DNA of 64,000 nucleotides, taken from contig NC_087436.1 of the NCBI RefSeq assembly GCF_036321535.1, positions 17,050,001-17,114,000 of the forward strand, written 5' to 3'. Both the position numbers and the translations under genes were made by a program. Origin of the DNA: Camelus dromedarius. Lineage: Eukaryota. Under the pieces are notes generated by a model, which saw only the letters and a program-made list of their open reading frames with translations, had not been told where the DNA came from and did not search any database. This document shows positions 52,021-62,960 of this stretch, piece by piece. The stretch's first letter is position 1, and every line of letters starts with the position of its first letter.

Positions 52021-53154
52021 ATATTTCTCTTAATATATGTCTTTGGATCATTTCAACGACAAGACAAGATAGATATTATCCCCATTTCAAAAATAAGGAA
52101 ATTAAGATTGAGTTTTAAATTTGGTTTATTCACAAATGTATAAGAACAAAAGCTTGGACCATTATATGCACTTTTTCTTCTATTTTACCGCATTGAGTAA
52201 TCCTATATTTCAGCTATCTTCTGTCTGATGAAATGTTTGGTTGATATTGCATATTACCAGAAAAAGCTGCAAAAGGAAATAATGTTATTCTAAGATCTCA
52301 TCTTTAGAACTAACACATTTATCTTGTATAACTACTGTATTAAAACACCAATTGGTGATTGCCTTTCCCTATAGTCAAACCTTCAATGATAATTACTAAT
52401 GCTAATTATTTTATAAATATTCTGAATATAGTCTAATTTAGGTTTGTTATTATAAGCCTTGTTCTTTATCTAATGACAATATAGATAAATGTAAAAACAA
52501 CAATGCCCAACTTCTTCTTTTACAACACATCAAGTCATTTTCTTTTGGTTATGAGGAGTGTTCTTCTCATAACTTTAATTGATTTTTGGTAGTTGGCTGT
52601 GTTTTTGTTTAATAACAACGATAGGTCTTAAAGGGCAAAATATACTACTGTATCTATAAATTAGTGCTGTGTAAAATGATATCTGCAGTAAATCTACAGC
52701 TTTATTTCTTATTTGAAGTCATTTTATACATAAAGATGAATGAAGTACAAGCCATCTATACAAATAGTGCTTTGTATTGATTTGAATATCAGTATCAGAA
52801 CTGATTCTGTTGTAATGCAAAAATTTTCAGTACTGTTGTTCCTATGGTAAATACTGTTGCTCAACATGGTTCTTATGGTTGCATCTAATTTATTTTATGA
52901 ATGCCGTATATTGGTGGAATCTAGATTCTGCTATCCTTTCATTCAACTCTTTGGTCCAACATTAATTCTTGCTGAATCTCTTGGCATAATACATAATGTA
53001 ACACAAAACAGCTGAAGGAAATGTGTCCAAGTCAAATCTTTGTTCTAGCATAACCATAACTGATTTCCTACAGTATTTTATGATTTCAAAAGCATGATAC
53101 ATTCTCTCATATAATTGAAAATTTATTAATGTAATTATATATTTTGTCTTACAG

Positions 53155-53258
53155 TGAGTGGACATCCAGTACTCAAAAGAGCTAACATCCGGATTGTCGG
53201 AAAGTTAGTGGCCAGATCTATGAGAGAAAGGAAAATGAGACAACATTATTTATCGTGA
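53155..53258 (+). CDS. IQCM: Terminal coding exon of IQ motif-containing protein M (phase-1 acceptor; xSGHPVLKRANIRIVGKLVARSMRERKMRQHYLS*)
   Basis: Acceptor attttgtcttacag|TG, then 33 open codons to TGA at 53256-53258 and AATAAA ~300 nt downstream. The peptide matches my recollection of the mammalian IQCM C-terminus (GHPxLKRANIRxVGKLVARSxRERKMRQHY); not database-verified. Confidence 0.8.
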
Positions 53259-53585
53259 GAAGTAATGTTTTCAATACAATGTCATTACCTTAAAAGTTGA
53301 ACCTGTCTACCCAAAAACATAGATTAATATTGGCCATGGATTAATTCTGTATCAAAAGGGAAAAGGACAGTCATCTTTTTACATATCCAAAGAAGAATTT
53401 CAACAAGTCAGTCTATAATTACTAAATATCTTCGGATGAACCATTCATTGGATTTGTTTTTTTATAAAAGACAACCTGTTTTATCATAGTGAAGTTGAAA
53501 TCACATAGTATCAAGTATCCCTTTTATTGGATTTAAATTTGGTTTGTTCCAGTGCCAATAAATGCCATAAAGAAACTTCAAGATT
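53259..53585 (+). other. IQCM: Probable 3' UTR of IQCM
   Basis: Repeat-free AT-rich sequence between the stop codon and the first AATAAA. The cleavage site is inferred. Confidence 0.6.
53557..53562 (+). terminator. Polyadenylation signal AATAAA
   Basis: First canonical AATAAA after the stop, with T-rich sequence (cattttttttgg) about 45 nt downstream. Confidence 0.6.
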
Positions 53586-53825
53586 CCTATTTGTAAAAAC
53601 TCACATTTTTTTGGAAATGGTTTCTCAAAATATGTTTTAAAATATTTTTTGATTAGTTTAGTCATCATATTATATTTTTCTTATTCTTATTGTTCACTCT
53701 TAAGTGAAAAACTGAGAGTCAATATACAGTATTCCTGAGTTACCTGTTTTAGTTTAGGAAAGATCTGAAGCACAGTGACTAACACCAGTCCTGTAAGAAT
53801 CTTAAATTTAATTTGATCTGTCAGT

Positions 53826-53860
53826 CCATCCATCCATCCATCCATCCATCCATCCATCTA
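53826..53860. repeat. (CCAT)n microsatellite
   Basis: About 8 tandem TCCA units. Confidence 0.95.
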
Positions 53861-56194
53861 TTCATTATTCATCCCTGCCTGCCTCCACCTGTGAATGGGA
53901 TTGGAGAAATAAGTTAAGGAGCAGTATAGTTGAGGGAACAGCATAGTGACTAGATATGAATAGAGAAGCAGGAATTACCTGACAGGTGTCCCATTTTTTT
54001 TTCAATTCTTACCCTGATCTATTACTTCTGAAATAGACACTTTGGTTTAAAAGGAAATCTCTCGGTGTACTTCATGCAATGATTTCACTATAAATGTGGA
54101 AATTATCAGAATGAAATATTTTAAAAAGCCAATTACAAGAATCATGTTAAGTCAGGGCCTCACCAAAACCAGGACCTCGCTGAACTAAAAAACATGCTGA
54201 CATTCTAATCACAAAACATTAGTAGTGAAATATTTGATAAGGGGAAAAAGTGATTAATAGCTAAAATGTAGAGGTTACTTTTCTGTGAAATTTAATGATC
54301 CATATTGTCCCTGTTGCTAGTTGAGGACGTCTCATTTTAAAGAGAAAAATTTGTCTTTATTTCAATACTGAAAAAAAGCTAGAAAATGCAAAATTAAAAG
54401 GGAAAAAAAAATCACATGTAAGTTGAGTCCCAGCATGGTAACAGATCATCAGCCTGCTGCTTTTTATAGCATTATTAGGATAAAAATTTGGCTAGATTTC
54501 TGCCATCACTGTTCCAGAAAATTGGGAGCAAAACATAGGATATAATGAAAAGCACTTACAAACCAAAATATAAGATTTTTTAATGAGTATTGTGTATTGA
54601 GTGTCACTATTTCAAATGGTAAAAATATTCATAAGGGAAAAACAATTAGTATTAAAATAATATCAAATTACCTTATAAAAATAAAATATAAAAATTAAAT
54701 TATGGTTATGACAGTTGGGGCCAAGACACAGAAGAAATTTATTCCTCCTTTAAAAATGTATGTCTTTTCTTATTTCATATTTTCTACATTTGACTATTCT
54801 TGATTTTTAGACTGAACTAGGGCTATTGAATGTCTTTTCGAAGTGTAAGCCTACATTAAGCAGTGGCAACATGTCACTCTGGAGCTTTAGAAGACAGGGT
54901 AAGGTCAGTGAAAAGAAGCCTTCGGTTCTCAATAGTCAGTTTCTATATAAAAATTGGCACTTGGTGCTCATCAAAGAACAAGAAATATTGGATATGCTCT
55001 AAATGTCCATTGTATTTTTGAGCCAACTACCTGATGGAAGTCATCACTTATATGTAAATGAACTGTCAATGGCTTGCCACTGTTGGCAATCACTGGACTG
55101 TGAAGGGTATGTCTTAATAAGAACCGAAGCTCTTCACAGACTTTGATTTACTGGAAATAAAATGGAAAAGTCCTCTGAGACTACAAAGGACACTTGTTTC
55201 AGATAAAACGTCTAGACAGTAGCAATATATTTAGGGCTTTTATTATAGCAAAACTGCAAACTAGAATGGAGTGGTGAGAAAGTTCCTGTGACCCAGCTGA
55301 GTTCTTAAACACTCCTGACTAGAGTTATCCAATCTTTAAAACAGCTAAGCCAAATTAAATAAAAGTGCATTAAGAAAAAAAAAAAAAAAAAACGGAAATA
55401 ACAAAAGATTCAGGTTTGTTACATCTTTTAAATTATCTATGTCTTATGTTTAAAAACATAAATCTATATTTTTCTAAATAAATGCAGCTATTAGAGTAGT
55501 TGAAAGCCAAACTTCCATGATCCTGCAACATCGACTACTTTTCAGAAAATTCAGATATAAGGAAATTTTTCCACACTCCTTTTCCTAACTTCCAGTCTAA
55601 AACACACAATTGAAATACTGAATTCTGTGTAATTATTAATATTTCTATTGATATTGTTGATAACAAAAAGATAGTAGATTTGCATAGTGCTTAAGAATAT
55701 GCAGTATACTTTTATACAAATCTGAATTATGAGAACTTTAATTGTGCTAAAAATTGACTAAAGAAGACAATCCAGGTGACACAAACAAACTTTAACACTT
55801 CATGAAGTGGACGGTCTTGTTTCAGAGAACTCCAAAATGGTACAGAAGGCAGGAAACATTCACAGGATAAAAAATAAAGAACAAAGTAGAGAAAATAGAT
55901 GATATCTGATTGGCTGGGGCCACATAGTCAACTTTATTTGGGTGAGAAGGAACAAGGAAGTAAGTATAGAGCCCAGAGCTGGCTTGGCATTTGGGGATTG
56001 ACTGATGGGATATACGATGTTTCTGGTCACATGGAACATCTGCAGGAGCAATGAATGTATCTAAATGTTGGTTTGCTGACAGGGCACCCTGGGGAGGAGC
56101 TGTTCTACCTTGGGCCTGGAAGTTTATTTCAACAATAGGTAGACCAACCTTTTATAGTAACTGCTTTCTTCCAGTGAATATTATGTTCAAAGAA

Positions 56195-56580
56195 ATATAT
56201 CATTCTGGGTAGGTTAATAGCTTTGAAAAACAATCCCCAAAACATCATTCGTTTAAAAAAAAACTTCATTTTTGCTCATTTCACAGTCCAGTGTGAGCCA
56301 GCAGATACTGCTCCACATACTCTTCCAGACATTCAGGCTTTTCCCATCTTAATAGCTTTGACATTCTTTAGGGCCTCTACTGCAGTCTTCACATCCAAGC
56401 AGTAGACAAAAAAAGAGAGTGTGGAGAAAGCATCCCCACTTCTTGACTACTTCAGTCTGAACTTGGAACATATCACTTCTACTCACATTTTGCTGGAGTG
56501 AATTTGTCACGTGGTTCCACCTAAATGCAAGGGGACTAGGAAGTATAGTCTAGTTTTACATCAAAAAAGAGAGTATGCCA
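56195..56580 (-). mobile_element. MLT1 (I/J-like) MaLR solo LTR remnant
   Basis: aaacaatccccaaaacatc...ttgctcatttcacagtccagtgtgag...atatcacttctactcacattttgctgg...gtcacgtggttccacctaaatgcaaggggactaggaagtatagtct. Confidence 0.75.
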
Positions 56581-56688
56581 CTTTCAGGCATAGGGAGTAA
56601 ATTGCATTCCTCATTATTTTAGGGAACAGGAAAAATTTCAAATGACTTCACTTGAATGGCATAATTCTGGCTTAAAATATTATTGTAA

Positions 56689-58950
56689 GGAGTCTGGATC
56701 AAGAGGGAAGCGTAAGTAGATCTTGAACTTACCTCCTCCCACAGACCACCAAAATTACTTCTACTTACAGAGCAACTATCTCTGAGAATGATCAGAAGAC
56801 TAGCAGAAACTATTTTCCACCACTAAAGATATAAAGAAGGGGCTACACTGAAATGGGTGGGAGGGGTGTAGACATGGTCTACCTAGGGCCAGACCCTCAG
56901 CATGTTGACTCACTGTTGAAGGGTTAACACATGGAGGTCCTCCCAAAGAGCAAAGGACCCAAAGCGCACATCAGTCTCCCCATCCCAGGGTCCTGCACTG
57001 GGAAGATAAGCCTTCAAAAGTCTGGCTTTGAAAACCAGGACAGCTTAGGGTCAGGAGAGCCAGAGGACTTTAGGAAACTGAGACTCCAGTCTTAAGGGGT
57101 ACACACAAAACCTCACTTGCTCCAAGTCCCAGTGCAGAGGAAGCAGTTTGAAAGGCACCTGGATCAGACCCACTTACTGATCTTGGAGAGTCTCCTGGAG
57201 AAGCATGAGGCAGCTAGGACTCTGCCTAGGGGCTGAGAAGCTGGTGGCAGCCATTTTTGTGATCTTATTTTACCATGTTGACACCAGGGCTGGTGGGTGC
57301 CGTTTTGAAACCTTCCCTATTAATATTAGGGGCCTGCCTTGCCCACTGTCATGTCTGCGGCAATTCCATACCACCAGACAGTTACACTGAACCAGGCATT
57401 CTGGGGGTCTGCCCCACCCACGAGGGCACCAACAACAACCACATGAGGCAGAGTCTTGCAACTAGTTGGGCCAGGGGCCAGCCTCTCTATGAGTACACCT
57501 ACAACAGTTGGCCCCACCACAACTAAAAGGTGCATGCAGCCCACCTAGGAACACTCCTGGAGCATATGGTTCTGGTGGCCAGAGGAGAATGAGCTTCTGG
57601 GCCCCATACAATATCTCCTATATAAGAATACTTCTCCACTCAGGAGATGTAACACACCTACCTAATATTTAAAAATAAACTCACAGAAATAGGCAAAATG
57701 ATGAGACAGAGAAAGATGTTCCAAACAAAAGAACAAGACAAAACCTCAGAAAAACAACTAAATAAAACAGAGACAAGCAGTCTACCCAATAAAGAGCTTA
57801 AGATATTGATCATAAAGATGCTCACTGAACTTGGGAGAGGAATAGATAAACACAATGAGAACTTTAACAAAGAGTTAGAAAATATACAAAAGAACCAATC
57901 AGAGCTGAAGAATACAATAACTGAGATAACAAATACGCTAGGAAGAGTCAATAGTAAATTAGATGATACAGAGGAATGGGCCAGCTAACTGAGAGCAGTA
58001 GAAGTCACCCAAGCTGAATAGTAAAAAAAGATTTTTTTAATGTGAGGATAGTTGAATAAGAGACCTCTGGGACAACATCAAGCAGAATAACATTTGCATA
58101 ATAGGCCCCCCGGAAGGAAAAGAGAAAGAAAGGGGCAGAGAACTTATTTGAAAAGATAATGGCTGAAAACTGTCCTAACCTGGGTAAAGAAACAGACATC
58201 TAGGTCTTGGAATTACAGAGAGCCCCAAACAAGATGAACACAAAAGAGGTTCACACCAAGAAACATTATAATTAAAAAGGAAAAAAAAAAAAAAGATTTT
58301 TTTTTAAGCATTAAGAAAGAAAAAACCCAGCTAGTTACACACAAGGGAACTCTCATTAAGACTATCAGCTGACTTTTCAGCAGAAACTTTTCAGGCCAGA
58401 AGGGAGTGGCATGATATATTACAAGAGCTGAAAGGGGAAAAACCTACAACCAAGAATGCCCTACCTAGCAAGGTTATCATTCAGAATTGAAGGAGAGATG
58501 GAGTTTCCCAGACAAGCAAAAATTAAGAGCTCATCAGCCCTAAACTGGCCCTGCAAGAAGTGTTCAAGGGACTTCTCGAAGTGGAAAAGAAAAGGCCCCA
58601 ACTAGAAATGAGAAAATAACAAAAGAAAAAAACAATCTCACTGGTAAAGGCAAATGAATCGTCAAAGTAATGGGTCAACCACTTATAAAACTAGTAGAAA
58701 TGTTAAATAACCGAAGTAATAAAATTGTATGTCTACAAAATCTCTATCTATAATAAGTAGCTAAGGTCATGGGGATGCAATGTACAGCACAGGGAACAGA
58801 GTCAACAATTTTGCAATAACTTTGTATGGTTGCAGGTAGTTACTAGACTTACTGTGTTGATCATTTTGTAATGTATACAAATGTCAAACCACTGTGTGGT
58901 ATACCTGAAACAAATAAAATATTGTAGGTCAGCTATACTTCAACTAAAAA
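56689..58950 (+). mobile_element. ORF2-less L1 (half-L1/HAL1-like): 5' UTR, ORF1, inter-ORF start and 3' terminus
   Basis: L1-type 5' end (ggagtctggatcaagagggaagcg...cttacctcctcccacagac), ~1 kb 5' UTR, ORF1 from 57698, inter-ORF sequence to ~58765, then directly the 3' end (tcatggggatgcaatgtacagcac...tacctgaaacaaataaaatattgtaggtcagctatacttcaactaaaaa). Imperfect TSD aaaatattattgtaa / aaaataatttattataa at a TT|AAAA site. Confidence 0.88.
57698..58580 (+). pseudogene. L1 ORF1p (disrupted)
   Basis: MMRQRKMFQTKEQDKTSEKQLN...KELENIQKNQSELKNTITEITNTL coiled-coil start, with downstream motifs in shifted frames: LWDNIKQNNICIIG, EKIMAEN, IRLSADFSAETFQARREW. Confidence 0.9.
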
Positions 58951-60089
58951 TACCAGCAAAAATAATTTATTATAAAAAGTCAAATAATCCAGTCTTTTTT
59001 GGGTTTTTTTAGCATTTTGCTGCTAACTCTCTTGAACTAGTTACCAAGACTCTTGAAACATGTAGCATCAACCGAAAGGGAAGCCGTTTTTCTTTTTTAT
59101 CCCTTATATATGTACTTTTGTTTCTAGAAATTGAAGAACTTTGGGTTTTATTTTTGTTTTAGCTTTCTTATTCAAATAAATATCAGTAATATGTTGATAA
59201 GACTCATTCTTTTTATATTAAAAAAACCTATTTACAATTTAAGAAGCAGGCTGTTAAAAATTAATACTTGTAGATCAATGGACGGAGACTTTTCTATATA
59301 AATAATCAAGAAAAGAAAGGATAATAAAATGATACTCAGACTGACTGACCTCCTCAGAAGTAATTCCTGTTATTCCAATGGCAGGAATATTGAGGGATCA
59401 AAAATTCTCATTTTTAAAGTATTTTTAAGCAACTAAGGGGGAAAGAAAAAGAAAAAACTTAAACAAAATTCTAAATAGGTTTGCCAAAAGTTTTGAACAA
59501 ATGTGCTAGCTTAGGTACATTCCCTTCAAGACTACTATCTCTTTCTGGAATAAATGCTTACAACTTTCAAGTTTGGGGGTTATTAAACAAATTCCACTTT
59601 GGACTTCTCCTATTTGTGTTTCCTCCAATTATTTTTAGAAATCTCTACACATTTTGCTAGTTTTCCACATTGTAAAACATACATTTACAAAATAATAATA
59701 AATAATAATAATACAAACTATACTTTCTATCCCCTCCATACAAAATTTTGCTTTGGAAATGTTCTGTAGGGATAAGAGGAGAGCACAAAGCATTTGCACT
59801 ACTGGAGTACAGTGACCTGGCCTCGTGGTTCTGAGGCCAGTGGCTATGGGGTAGCTTTCTGATTCATAGTTTTCCAGTTTTGGCAATCCAGTTCCTGGGG
59901 TGATACAAGGAGTGATTCATGAAACTCCTCCTGCACCCTGTTTTTTTCTGCCATCCCAATGTTTTTTTTAGTGTATATTTCTTAATAAAACACTTTCTGA
60001 TTAATGTAATTGGTGTTGCCCTGTCTTCTTCAATTGAGAAAACTGACCCATATGTTTTCCTTCCTTCCTCCTCCTCCTTCAGGCCTTCC

Positions 60090-60598
60090 TGCTGTAGGAT
60101 CCAGAGGGCTGGTGCACAGCTGGTAAAAGAATTTATCAAAGACAAAGGAGGAAGATAGGAAAGGAGTTTGTTAGATACTCTGCTATAGGCAACAGCGGGC
60201 CACAGACGAGAGGGGTCTGTGTGTCCCGAGGGTCGGTTGCTGAGGTCTTTTATAAGGGAGGGTAACCTTTCACTTCTTGTGCTTGGTGACAGTGGGCACA
60301 AAAGGGGTTGCGAGGTGCCTAATCAGCTCATGCACACTTCTCTGGTTGATTGATGTTGAGGTGACAGGGAAGGGAGGAGGTCCAGAAAGAGTAGGGCTGG
60401 GGATTTTGATAGAGGATTGTGACCGGTCCTGGTGGCTAGGCTTCCAGGCATTGTGAGGTTGATCATTGTCTAGAGTAGTTAGTTCAGCCAAGGCGTAGGT
60501 ATTAAGAAAAGATTGTTCTTTGTTGTCTTTGAAGGGCAGCAACTGGAAGCTTGCGGGGCCTTGGAGTGGGAATCTGCCAGGTGTCTGTGGACTCCACA
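60090..60598 (-). mobile_element. Solo ERV LTR (509 bp), TG...CA ends, perfect 5-bp TSD CTTCC
   Basis: The minus strand begins tgtggagtccacagacacc and ends ggatcctacagca. CTTCC lies at 60085-60089 and 60599-60603. TATAAAA on the minus strand at 60248-60254 and an AATAAA-like AACAAA near 60166-60171. Family not recognised. Confidence 0.85.
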
Positions 60599-62429
60599 CT
60601 TCCTTCTCTTCTTCCCTCCATCTTGACTAAATAATTCTCCTCAATAAAGACTCTACCAATATAAAGGTATTCAAATTTAAGATGCATTTTCCAAAACGAA
60701 GATTTTGATTTTCTTCATAAGCATAAATCCCAGATAACAGATCTCCTGGCATGTCATATTGTCGCAGATAATCCCAGTTTCACTTTCCCTTGCATATAAC
60801 TGCGGTTTCATCTTAGTTGAAGGCATATTAGGTATCTTAAACAGTATTCCTAGAAGTAAGTCTGTACAGAAGAAAAGCCAAGGGTGTCAGAAAAGTAACT
60901 TTATTTTTGATAGCATGATGATAATTTTATGAAACTCCAGAGGCTTGACAGTTGCTTATAATCCACAAAAATGAAAAGGATGTAACAGGAAGAGATATAT
61001 CAATGTAATCTTTCTGCATTTTGACAACATATATAATAAAGACTAAACTCTTTGTAAATTTGGTTGTTTCAATGATGATGTAATGGTTAGTCTGGAAGTA
61101 AAATCTCTCACATAGTTAGATGACTAATGGAACATATATATTGGGACAGTGTAATAAGTGAAATATGGTTATAAAAAAAACTGATATGGCCTTTGCAAAT
61201 GTAGGTCCTATAGATCTTCATCATAAACCAAGATACCTGGCTAATCTTCAGAGTTGGAAGATATATGTCTTTGAAGAATCATCAATGTGTCAGAATTTCA
61301 TATAGGTGATTTTCTTGATAAAAGTGTAGTTTATTTATAAAATCCCTTGTGCTAAAAGAAAAATACCACCCACCAAAAAAGAAAAAAAATCCACAACCCT
61401 ATGAAAATTAAAATGTGGGTGGCTGTTTTATAGAATTGAGCAGCTGGATCAGGCATTACATTTGTAGTCTAAGGCCCTCATTTTACAAAAATTTGTCATA
61501 GGATCTTCTGATTCTCAGTCCCTTCTTCTTTATCGTACTCCGTATTACCTCCCAGGAAGACAAAATGGGTGGATGTTAAAAATCTAAAAAGAAGAAGGAT
61601 TCACAATGGAGGCCCAAACGAGGCAACATCAAGGAAACTACACTTACCGGCTTGGACTTCTCTAATGACCTCTCTTCCCATACAAAAAAATTCCCCTGCT
61701 GTTCTTGCTCCCTCCCCCTTTTCCTCACCTTTTAGAATAGGTTAGCTAATTTGATCAGTTGAATTGGTTCAAGATGTTAATGGATCCTAATGGCTTCGTG
61801 TGTTACCTAGTTTACATTTTAACAATGCCTATCAACTTTTTGTGAGTGACTAATCCTCGGAGCATTAGATCTGTGCAAGTCAGTTGAGTGGCATCCTGGC
61901 AACATTTCCATCACCACTGACGACTCATTTTACTGAAACACAAAAAAATCCTTTCCTGGAAATTTTATTTTGTGTGTTTGTTATGACTTAATTATTAAGT
62001 GAGCCTCCTAGGATACATGTTATAACTAGATGATCATATCAACACGTATATAATTTCAGGGTTTTGTTCCCCAGAAAAAGCATAATGTTTTTATTAAGTA
62101 ACTATTTGAGGTATTTCTGTGTTTTTTTTCTCCATTTTGGCTCCCATACTTTAATTGCCTCTTTATTTATTAATGATTTTGCAATATCATTTTTGTAGAG
62201 AATATAGAAAGTTAAGTCATTTTTTTCTCCTAGCATGATTGATCAGAATTTGTATTTTATCATTGATAACTGAGATACATACATGTACACTGTCATCTTG
62301 ATTGTTTGTGGTACTTCTAGTGGATTGTGACCTACAAATTCTGATCAATACAATCTCATGTATTTCTCATAAAAAAAGAAAAATCAGTAGTGTTCATAGT
62401 TACATATGTTGAATTATCAAATGTGTTCC

Positions 62430-62566
62430 TTGTTATTGAGGTCTAGTTGATTTACAATATCATATTAGTTTCAGATGTACAACATAGTGATTCAAATTTT
62501 TATAGTTTATACTCCATTTGAAGTTATTATAAAATACTGGCTATATTCCTGTGCTGTACAACATAT
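62430..62566 (-). mobile_element. L1 3'-terminal fragment
   Basis: ttattgaggtctagttgatttacaatatcatattagtttcagatgtacaacatagtgattc...aaaatactggctatattcctgtgctgtacaacat. Confidence 0.85.
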
Positions 62567-62734
62567 AGAAAAAGTTCTTATTGGATCCTGACTCCCAGGC
62601 TAGCCAATGCGAAGTCTTTGAAGTAAAAAACCAAAGAATTCCATTTTTTAAAGTGTCTTATGTAAGGTTGTTTACCAATTCTCCTTTTTTTCAAAATGCT
62701 TCTTGGATTTCCCTTTCTTTTCTTTTCACTGTCT

Positions 62735-62960
62735 ATTCATTCTGCTAGTCCAGAACCTCATCAGTTCTAATCTGGACTTCTTACTATGTCTCAGAATTTT
62801 CTTAAATATGAATGTCCTATTCTCTAATCCATCTAGCAACGTATAGCCCTCCCACCCAAGTCCCTCATCCATGAATTTCTAGACCCTCAGCTGAAGTTCA
62901 AATCTTTACTCTTGCATTCTATGCTGCTTGCAAAATACCTCTACCTTACCATCCTATCTA
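62735..62960 (+). mobile_element. LINE-2 fragment
   Basis: ctagtccagaacctcatcagttctaatctggact...tctctaatccatc...aagttcaaatctttactcttgcattc. Confidence 0.5.

Larger units (their letters stand above)
1..53154 (+). other. IQCM: Probable distal part of the last intron of IQCM (upstream exon lies outside the window)
   Basis: Ends in a pyrimidine tract and AG acceptor (attttgtcttacag) in front of the IQCM-like terminal exon. I found no upstream IQCM-like exon in the window. The extent of the intron is inferred. Confidence 0.65.

Noticed and set aside
57205..58199. Small ORFs in the half-L1 5'UTR and antisense to ORF1 as an ORF0-like gene
   Set aside because: They are short, lie in a decayed element and have no supporting motif; the 57658 and 58005 ORFs are just antisense ORF1.
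59864..60687. Overlapping ORFs of 145, 79, 109 and 61 aa as a possible gene
   Set aside because: They overlap a solo LTR defined by TG...CA ends and a TSD, and show no recognisable protein.
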